From the IMG/VR virus record IMGVR_UViG_3300023175_000005, positions 192,559 through 256,558 of that record: a stretch of 64,000 bases of DNA. The stretch is one strand, 5' to 3'. The translations under genes and the position numbers were made by a program. Of the stretch, positions 18,988 through 26,030 are shown piece after piece. Positions within the stretch are counted from its first letter, which is position 1; each line of letters begins with the position of its first letter. The notes under the pieces were generated by a model that saw nothing but the letters and a program-made list of their open reading frames with translations, did not search any database and was not told the DNA's origin.

Positions 18988-19199
18988 TAATGTCTCCGAT
19001 TGTTAAAACTTCGACTTGCGTTACGTGACTTAGCACGTAAATAATTTTGATATTTAATATAAGATTGCCAAATAGGCGCATCTTTTTTATACAAATCAGC
19101 CTCGTTAAAGACTTTACCTTCAAAGCGACAATAGTCGCGGAACTTATCCAAATCATTAAACACTTTTGTATAAGCGTCACGATTGAACTTAATAGTCAT
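18987..19199 (-). CDS. hypothetical protein
   Basis: 70 aa; TAATG-coupled to the glycosyltransferase. Confidence 0.7.
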   Translation of the reverse strand: MTIKFNRDAYTKVFNDLDKFRDYCRFEGKVFNEADLYKKDAPIWQSYIKYQNYLRAKSRNASRSFNNRRH

Positions 19200-19217
19200 T
19201 TACCTAATTCCTTTTTA

Positions 19218-19685
19218 CTATGGGTAAACAATTTGACAGCCATTTTCGCCATCTTCGGCGACATCAATAACAACAAAGCGGCCGGGATACTTTGCGTTAA
19301 TCTGTGTGTACAAGTCATCTGCGATCATTTCGCACGACTTGTGATTTAGTTCAATAACCTTGTCGTCATAAAGACTTTCTAGCCAACGCTTGAACTGAAT
19401 AAATTCAATGTCACGATCATTATGTGTAACTTGAATTTGTACCTTAAAATGAAAGATGTGTCTATGAGCCACACCTAAAAAACTTACGTCATCCCAGCCA
19501 CCTGTTGCTAGTGCTGGATCGTCTTTTGCCGCAGGATAAAGATGGATACCTTCTTTACGGAATGTTACCCAAATACTACGTTTTGCATTTTCTAATCTGT
19601 GTGAAATACTCAATTTTTTATCTTCCTGTCGCATTTTCCAAAGCATCCAATCATAATAACGCTTAGGTTCTTTGTCTCTACTCAT
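19218..19685 (-). CDS. QueD-like T-fold protein, DpdL type (predicted CDG decarboxylase family)
   Basis: LGVAHRHIF (LxxxHRHxF) in place of QueD CxxxHGH; SCE and EDGENG motifs; lies in the que/dpdA cluster. Confidence 0.75.
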   Translation of the reverse strand: MSRDKEPKRYYDWMLWKMRQEDKKLSISHRLENAKRSIWVTFRKEGIHLYPAAKDDPALATGGWDDVSFLGVAHRHIFHFKVQIQVTHNDRDIEFIQFKRWLESLYDDKVIELNHKSCEMIADDLYTQINAKYPGRFVVIDVAEDGENGCQIVYP

Positions 19686-20250
19686 TTACTATAGTACCAT
19701 TTTCAATACTTGTCAACTCGATAATTTCATCAGATCCATAATTAGACCAGTCAGTAAATTTTTTCCTATCCATTAAGTCGTGTAAACTATGACACCAAAC
19801 ACCTGGATTAGTTGCCTTAAAATCTTTATCATCAATTTTCAACATAGTGTTATAATTCCATAGTTTGATATATGGAATAGGAACTCTTAGTTGCGGAATA
19901 AAATTTTCGTATTCTGTTAAACCACTTTCTAGAAATGCTTCTGCAAGTGCAATAGGAATATCTAAACTGCAATAATAGTCTTCATTTAGACAATCCTTGA
20001 TCATTGATTCCCACCATTCCCAGTCTTCATCTGTATCAGGATTAAAACTATGATTAGCACCAAAAAACAAATGCTTAATTTTATTCAAATTAGCAATGCC
20101 CTTGATTTCTTCTAAAGGCTGTTTGCCTGTAATAAACAAAGTTTTTAAACCAAATGCAGGTGTACGTTCTACTTCGTTACCAATGAAGTAAACAGCATCA
20201 TCTGCTGAACCTGTAGCATAATCTCTATTCATTAATATTGAGCCTCCCAT
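19678..20250 (-). CDS. hypothetical protein in deazaguanine cluster (probable start 20232)
   Basis: G.EVE.TPA.G..TLF, FFGANHSF and NPGVW motifs; overlaps the start of the QueD-like gene. Confidence 0.75.
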   Translation of the reverse strand: MGGSILMNRDYATGSADDAVYFIGNEVERTPAFGLKTLFITGKQPLEEIKGIANLNKIKHLFFGANHSFNPDTDEDWEWWESMIKDCLNEDYYCSLDIPIALAEAFLESGLTEYENFIPQLRVPIPYIKLWNYNTMLKIDDKDFKATNPGVWCHSLHDLMDRKKFTDWSNYGSDEIIELTSIENGTIVNE

Positions 20251-20600
20251 TCGTTGCCGCCGTTACCATATTGAAGAACTTCTACTTTTTTAACACGATC
20301 ATATCTAAAACTTCTAAAACCGTTTGATTCAATAGCCCATACAACAACATTTTTTTCATGTTTTTGTGTTGTATCTTTCTTTGGGTCTGGAAAGAAAGAC
20401 GGCATAAGAGTACAAGGCATCACTCTTTCAGTGCCGTCTAATTTGTTAAAAGTTACTTCAACTACTTCTTTTTCTAATAGCGCAACTAATTCATCTTTTG
20501 TAGGAATACCCTTTAGGGCTGCTACTGTTTCTTCAACTTTTGCCATTTTTAACCTTATACATCTCGTTCCAAATGTCCCAACGTTTTTTATTGTACTCAT
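20232..20600 (-). CDS. WYL_2/DUF2693-like SH3-fold protein (start may be 20546)
   Basis: VTF.K.DG.ER.M.CTL...FRSFR.D pattern typical of T4-like phages. Confidence 0.7.
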   Translation of the reverse strand: MSTIKNVGTFGTRCIRLKMAKVEETVAALKGIPTKDELVALLEKEVVEVTFNKLDGTERVMPCTLMPSFFPDPKKDTTQKHEKNVVVWAIESNGFRSFRYDRVKKVEVLQYGNGGNEWEAQY

Positions 20601-20686
20601 TTATTTGTTCATTAGTATAATTGTTTTTATGCATACTGTCAATGATTTTTTCAATTTCTTCTAAAGCCATTTCTAATGCTTCTAAT

Positions 20687-20875
20687 CTAAGTTCTTTTTC
20701 CGAGCGCAATGATATTCTCCAGTCTGTGTATTTCGTCTTTATACCAAAGTTTTTTTGTTTTTAATTTCCTAATTGCGTCATCTACAATGTATGATTTTTC
20801 AAGTTCAATAATTTCTTCATCTAGTTTTCTGTGCTTTCTTTTCAGTTCGACTAAATGTTCTTCATGTCCCATCAT
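20687..20875 (-). CDS. DUF465/YdcH-like coiled-coil protein
   Basis: L...H..LD.EI..LE...I..LK..KL..KDEI. Confidence 0.7.
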   Translation of the reverse strand: MMGHEEHLVELKRKHRKLDEEIIELEKSYIVDDAIRKLKTKKLWYKDEIHRLENIIALGKRT

Positions 20876-22332
20876 TACAATTCCTCGAATAGATTGTTAA
20901 ATTGCGTTTGAGCATTTACAATACGCTTGCCTGTATTGCCTCTAGTACCTATAATACTATCCCAGTATCTAGAAAATTCTAAAATGACAGCCTCGGCTTT
21001 TTGTCTGTCATCAGTTTCAAAAATTGCATCAACAACATCTCTAAACGCAATTCTATCAAATTTTTCTTGTATCAACATATTAGGAATAATACCTGCGTCA
21101 TATTGACGGTTTGCTTCTTGTACAGCATTAATGTGCATCCATACATTGTGACCCATCATAATTGCATACGAGAAACTATCCCATGAAGTTTTTCCTTCTT
21201 TACCGATCTTATTTAGATCGCCCGGACCGTATATACAAATTTCTTTTGCTTGTAGTCCTGTTGTTATAGGCGAATCTAAGAAACTAGGATGTTTTCCTTC
21301 TCTAACAAAAGCTTGTCCAAAAGCAGTTGTATCATTTGCAAGTGCTTTGTCGTCGATACTAGGTACCATTCTATATACCCACTTGCTTCTATCTTCTGTT
21401 TCTAGTTCACAGTAAATCTGTCCATTAGCAGTTGCAAGGAAAGGCGAAGCACAATCAAATGTAATAGTAAAGTTTTCGTTATGATATTTGCGCACTGCTC
21501 TTTGAATGTCAGTGAGCAGTGTAGCCCACTCTAGTTTTGAAGTTCCTAAGAAGTGCATGAAATCATGTTTGCCTTTTTCAAGCAATCCGTCAAAACGTAA
21601 CGCAACAACACGTTTAAGTGCTAGGTGTACATCGCACATATTTTGTCCACCCATTGACCATCCGTTGAAATGATCTTCATATTTTTTAGGATCACAGTAG
21701 TCTTTCATTTGATCGTACCAGTCATCTGCGTCTGCATGATTCTCGCCTTGTAGTACGTTCAAAAACTTACAAGCACCTGTACGATGCTTCATCCAGTAGT
21801 CATTATTAATACGTGTTGCTTTAACTGCTTCTTGGTAAGTTGAAATGCCAGTTGCTTTTGCACCTGCAGGCGAACGTGCAACCCATGCCGGAATATCAAG
21901 GATCATACCGTAGTCCATATAAGCATCCATCCAACGCAGTACGCCATCACGTTTCTTTTGTGCCTTTGGACAGTTTGGATCTTTCCAGTCACCTTCCCAA
22001 ACACCCTTACCAATCTGGAAGCCACCTGAGTCGCCAAGTAGCCAAGTGTTTGCTCTGTCTCTGTTACGCACCATATCTTCCTTAGGTGCATGTTTTGTAG
22101 TATCTAAGTCAGCATGTCCTGCTGAGTATAATGTCCACTTATATTGAAACTGTCCTTGATCTTTATTTAGATAGTTAAGACTTTCAACACCATTATTTAA
22201 ATTACTAGGTATTCTAGCAGGGTCGACATAGTTTTCAAAACGCTGTTTGCCTACGTAAGTAGCATAAAAGCCACTCAACGCGGGCAGAAAAACAGCATAG
22301 TCATTTTGTGTTGCAGTTAAATTTGTATTCAT
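20875..22332 (-). CDS. dpdA: DNA 7-deazaguanine transglycosylase (TGT/DpdA family)
   Basis: DSGGFQ, MILDIP, VLQG, HFLG and FDCASP TGT motifs; lies with folE and queE. Confidence 0.85.
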   Translation of the reverse strand: MNTNLTATQNDYAVFLPALSGFYATYVGKQRFENYVDPARIPSNLNNGVESLNYLNKDQGQFQYKWTLYSAGHADLDTTKHAPKEDMVRNRDRANTWLLGDSGGFQIGKGVWEGDWKDPNCPKAQKKRDGVLRWMDAYMDYGMILDIPAWVARSPAGAKATGISTYQEAVKATRINNDYWMKHRTGACKFLNVLQGENHADADDWYDQMKDYCDPKKYEDHFNGWSMGGQNMCDVHLALKRVVALRFDGLLEKGKHDFMHFLGTSKLEWATLLTDIQRAVRKYHNENFTITFDCASPFLATANGQIYCELETEDRSKWVYRMVPSIDDKALANDTTAFGQAFVREGKHPSFLDSPITTGLQAKEICIYGPGDLNKIGKEGKTSWDSFSYAIMMGHNVWMHINAVQEANRQYDAGIIPNMLIQEKFDRIAFRDVVDAIFETDDRQKAEAVILEFSRYWDSIIGTRGNTGKRIVNAQTQFNNLFEEL

Positions 22333-23060
22333 TATTTACTTTGTGCTGGCAGGATATAGTCATACTTGGCCATACCACTGTCTACTGTAATCATCATAGC
22401 ACCTTGATCTGTGATGCTAATTTTCTTATCGCCATCTAGCCCTAAAATAGAAATAGTTTGCGCAACTGGCCATGCCCAAGTATGTTGTAAGTTTCCGCCA
22501 ACATCATGTTGGAATGTAAACTTACCCGCATGTGTATTCAAGTCACCAAAGTAAAAATTAAGATTTCCATCTTCTGTCTTAACTTGGAATACAGGTTCTT
22601 CTGAATGAGCACCGGCCATTAGTTTCATACGTGCAATTGCTGCAACACTTGGTTGAAATTCTACATCCCATGTGCTACCTTTAAATTTTACACTTTTTAG
22701 TTTTTCTTCAATAATCGCTTTGTTCATAAAGCGATAATCATTTTGGAAGTCTCCACCTTCATTTTCAAAATGAATGTGTGTTGGAATAGTTTCACCATTC
22801 CGATCTTCTTGCACTACGTCAATTTTTGCTTTATCTTGATATTCTGGGTTCTTCAAATGATATGCAAGTTTGTTAAGATCTGGCATACCAAATGTACCTA
22901 CAAATTCTGACACTGGCGAATGTGTTGTAGCACTAAGTACAACACTTCTATCTTCCGCCATACTTTCAATACTTGTCTCTTGTTCTGCTACAACTTTTAA
23001 TGTTGTAATAAAGCCGAGACTATGTGTGTGCGACACAACATCTTGTAAGATATCTTTCAT
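22332..23060 (-). CDS. putative DNA polymerase sliding clamp
   Basis: 242 aa, clamp-like size and beta/alpha pattern ending YDYILPA; PolB and clamp loader in the window. Confidence 0.55.
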   Translation of the reverse strand: MKDILQDVVSHTHSLGFITTLKVVAEQETSIESMAEDRSVVLSATTHSPVSEFVGTFGMPDLNKLAYHLKNPEYQDKAKIDVVQEDRNGETIPTHIHFENEGGDFQNDYRFMNKAIIEEKLKSVKFKGSTWDVEFQPSVAAIARMKLMAGAHSEEPVFQVKTEDGNLNFYFGDLNTHAGKFTFQHDVGGNLQHTWAWPVAQTISILGLDGDKKISITDQGAMMITVDSGMAKYDYILPAQSK

Positions 23061-23833
23061 ACTGTTTCTCCATTGTTAAGTTCTATTATATTGCCTAGTG
23101 TGTTGTTTGTCAATAGTTTTTCTATCGAGTATTTAGGTTTAAAGCCTAATGTTTTAATTTTTTCCATATTTGCACAAGTCCATTGTCTTTCATTTGGGGT
23201 ATTTAGACGGATGGGCAAATCTTCTGCAAAGTCACGGACACGAAAAGGATGTCCTGTACCTATATCAATTTCTCCTTTATACTTGCTATTCATGCACAAT
23301 TCTATTGCATCACATACATCTTCAATATGTATAAAATCTCTATAATGATTTGTAACATATTCAAGTTCTCCGTCTAGATACTTTTGCATAAACATTCCTT
23401 TGCGTGGAATATCTGAATACACTGTATGAAATCTCATGCATAGTGTATTTGAATAACATGATGCTGCTTCTTCTACAATATATTTGCTGGCTGCATATGG
23501 ATTTAGATGTGGTTCATATGCTGAACTAGAACTTGCAATCAACATACGTGTATCTGGATAGCGTTCTAAAAGTCTTTTGGTAACTTCTACATTATTTTGC
23601 CAATAGCCTGCAGGATCATTCATTGATTCACGAACACCACTTTTTCCTGCTAGGTGTATAATTAAATCAAATTCTTCTTTCAATTCACAAGTTGTCAGAT
23701 CTTGACTGTTGTTAAGTTTGTCTCTATCCCAACCGTCCTTAAGATCAAACCCTACAACACTATGTTTTTTTGTAAGTCTTTTTAGTAAATGACTTCCAAT
23801 AAAGCCTCTATGGCCTGTTAACATAACTTTCAT
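23057..23833 (-). CDS. NAD-dependent sugar epimerase/dehydratase (extended SDR)
   Basis: TGHRGFIG, HLAG, SSS, YAASK, RDFIH. Confidence 0.92.
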   Translation of the reverse strand: MKVMLTGHRGFIGSHLLKRLTKKHSVVGFDLKDGWDRDKLNNSQDLTTCELKEEFDLIIHLAGKSGVRESMNDPAGYWQNNVEVTKRLLERYPDTRMLIASSSSAYEPHLNPYAASKYIVEEAASCYSNTLCMRFHTVYSDIPRKGMFMQKYLDGELEYVTNHYRDFIHIEDVCDAIELCMNSKYKGEIDIGTGHPFRVRDFAEDLPIRLNTPNERQWTCANMEKIKTLGFKPKYSIEKLLTNNTLGNIIELNNGETV

Positions 23834-24524
23834 TTAAGATCTCCATTGTATCCTTCCAGTCTTTGACATGATAGGATTTACCATTGCCTCTTTTGGCAAT
23901 TGCAGTTGATAATGGTTCGTCATTACCACCAGGTTCTTGTTTATCGCCAAAAAAGATTAGTTTGTCATGGTCGTTAAAATCATTAATAATTTGTGATTTG
24001 TCACAACCTGTAGGATAGATATCAATACCTGTTTCTCCTCCTACTTTTGCTGTAATGTTTTCAAATTCTGTGTTAATTTGATAAGCAATACTTTCACGTT
24101 CTCTACTTTCGAGATCGTGTTTAATATATAATTTACGTTCGCCTAGTGTGCAATTACGCCCTACAATTGAAAAGTTTACACAACCTGGACGTACTTCGAT
24201 ATGGTTTCCTGTGCGTAAAGGAAAATTACTTGCTTGTAGCCATCCATTCATTAAATCCATAAGTTCTTTTGGTGCCGTCCAGTCGTTAGTTTTTACATTT
24301 ACACCGTGACTCCAAACATCATTACCAGAACAATTATAAACAACTTTTGCTGTGTTAAACAAAACATTTCCAATTTGTTCAACTGTTTTATCTTTGTCAC
24401 TACCGGTAATCAGATAAACATCGTTAGTTGTTACAAAATCAAAAAAGAATTTGTTAAACTCAGGATCAATAGTTTGTCTACTAGGAGTTAGTGTTCCGTC
24501 GACATCAAAAATAAACTTATTCAT
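23808..24524 (-). CDS. phosphomannomutase, HAD-IIB (eukaryote-type PMM family)
   Basis: FDVDGTLT..R, TGSD, IE.R...NFS..GR, GG..G.DI.P.G.DK, FFGDK..PGGND. Confidence 0.85.
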   Translation of the reverse strand: MNKFIFDVDGTLTPSRQTIDPEFNKFFFDFVTTNDVYLITGSDKDKTVEQIGNVLFNTAKVVYNCSGNDVWSHGVNVKTNDWTAPKELMDLMNGWLQASNFPLRTGNHIEVRPGCVNFSIVGRNCTLGERKLYIKHDLESRERESIAYQINTEFENITAKVGGETGIDIYPTGCDKSQIINDFNDHDKLIFFGDKQEPGGNDEPLSTAIAKRGNGKSYHVKDWKDTMEILNESYVNRP

Positions 24525-24678
24525 TTATGCATACCGCCTTTTCTCCTTCTGTAAACAATGCTTCAAGAACTGCTGCATTTATACTGCATTGCTGCTGTGT
24601 ATTATACTCGTTAAATTTTGTAACTTTATATTCATCAATATCTACAAGTGAACTAATTATCAATAGTGTCCACATCAT
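24517..24678 (-). CDS. small hypothetical protein (53 aa)
   Basis: Hand translation MMWTLLIISS...AVCINE; GAGG SD; overlaps the PMM start. Confidence 0.55.
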   Translation of the reverse strand: MMWTLLIISSLVDIDEYKVTKFNEYNTQQQCSINAAVLEALFTEGEKAVCINE

Positions 24679-24808
24679 CTTTTTCCTCTCTTATTATAAA
24701 GTGTACTTTTACAATACCTTTCTTTTCTTTTTTGATATAAAATTCTAACCCATTCTCTATAAAAATTTTTCTAAGTTCATTAAGTGTTGGATCGGTATCT
24801 CGTATCAT
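24653..24808 (-). CDS. small hypothetical protein (51 aa)
   Basis: Hand translation MIRDTDPTLNELRK...; fills the gap. Confidence 0.5.
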   Translation of the reverse strand: MIRDTDPTLNELRKIFIENGLEFYIKKEKKGIVKVHFIIREEKDDVDTIDN

Positions 24809-24820
24809 CCTTGTTGCGCC

Positions 24821-25249
24821 TTATGCATTTGATTCCCTTTCGCATACTCGTTTTCTTAAATCGCTGCTTGAGAAGCGGTGATCTCTTTTGTTGAAATGTA
24901 GCTGGATACCCCGCTTCTTGCAAATATCCTTGCCAGTAAAATCCTTTTCACGATACTCTTCACCTAGTATTCTAACATCAATATGATACATTGTCAAGAT
25001 ATCTTCTAGGTCCTGTTCAGTTGCATAAGGAATTATTTCATCTACATAACTCACTCCTTTGAGTTGTGTATAACGTTCCACTATAGTTTGTACAGGTGGA
25101 TTCTTCTCTGGCCTATCTACACTGGGATCCATTTGCAATCCGCATATAAGATAGTCACATTGTTCTTTTGCTTCACGTAGCATTTGTACATGTCCTGCAT
25201 GTAACAAATCAAATGTTGAACAAGTAAATCCTACTTTCATTCGTACCAA
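24821..25249 (-). CDS. cytidylyltransferase (TagD/glycerol-3-phosphate CTase-like)
   Basis: TFDLLHAGH; R.H.FSSS.LR. Confidence 0.9.
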   Translation of the reverse strand: MVRMKVGFTCSTFDLLHAGHVQMLREAKEQCDYLICGLQMDPSVDRPEKNPPVQTIVERYTQLKGVSYVDEIIPYATEQDLEDILTMYHIDVRILGEEYREKDFTGKDICKKRGIQLHFNKRDHRFSSSDLRKRVCERESNA

Positions 25250-25506
25250 TGCCTCCTTTTTCTATTAAAACCCATTTCTTCATCATACTTTTTTATTGCA
25301 TGATTTATTATTGTCCATTTTACCCAACTTTCCCAACAGTGATCATTATTTCTAAATATTATATTAATAATATACACTAGATTTATTTTATTGTCACGTT
25401 TTCTTTGCCAGTTCCTTGCACTAAATGTTTGGTTAATTCTGCCTCCAAGTATAACATTTATAAAAATACTAAATGCTATAGAAAGTCTTTTAAGATACTT
25501 CTTCAT
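25237..25506 (-). CDS. hypothetical protein
   Basis: N.ILGG..NQTFSAR...HC motif. Confidence 0.65.
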   Translation of the reverse strand: MKKYLKRLSIAFSIFINVILGGRINQTFSARNWQRKRDNKINLVYIINIIFRNNDHCWESWVKWTIINHAIKKYDEEMGFNRKRRHWYE

Positions 25507-25741
25507 TGCTCCCTAAAAGTTTATCGTCATTATTTGCTAACATGTTATCTTTAATATCATAAATCTGTTCATGTTTAATCATAGTTATTATAGTATTAGT
25601 TAGGTCGACTTCTCTACGCAAGTATCCAATCTTAGTTTGTAATTTTTGTAGTTCTTCCAAATAATACTCTAATTCTTTTTCTTTGCGTAACTTTTGTTCT
25701 ATAAAGTCTGTGATAAGAATAAGTTTTTGTTCTTCACTCAT
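25490..25741 (-). CDS. hypothetical coiled-coil protein
   Basis: 83 aa ORF in operon. Confidence 0.7.
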   Translation of the reverse strand: MSEEQKLILITDFIEQKLRKEKELEYYLEELQKLQTKIGYLRREVDLTNTIITMIKHEQIYDIKDNMLANNDDKLLGSNEEVS

Positions 25742-26030
25742 TTAATAAAGTACTCCATTTTTTTAATTTTTCACGTTTTTTGTTGGAACGTTCAGCAACT
25801 TCAACATGAGTAACAATTCCATGATCAATCATAAGTTCGATCATACACTGCACATCGCCAATTTCTTCCATCAATTTAACACGCTGATCTTCTTCAATTA
25901 ATTTAGTTGTAGCGTATTTCCGCATAATCTTACTACAACGTTGTGTAAGTTCTCCACATTCTTCCATAGTAATTGTCATTAGTTGTTGTAATTTGTTAAT
26001 AGGACTTTCCATATTATACTCCAAATTCAA
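25734..26030 (-). CDS. MazG-like NTP pyrophosphohydrolase
   Basis: EECGEL...EEIGDV. Confidence 0.75.
   Translation of the reverse strand: MNLEYNMESPINKLQQLMTITMEECGELTQRCSKIMRKYATTKLIEEDQRVKLMEEIGDVQCMIELMIDHGIVTHVEVAERSNKKREKLKKWSTLLNE

Noticed and set aside
20875-22332. Calling this gene a tRNA-modifying Tgt
   Set aside because: It lacks the C-terminal CxCxxC zinc site of bacterial Tgt, is longer and divergent, and sits among DNA replication genes, so DpdA fits better; a tRNA target is not formally excluded
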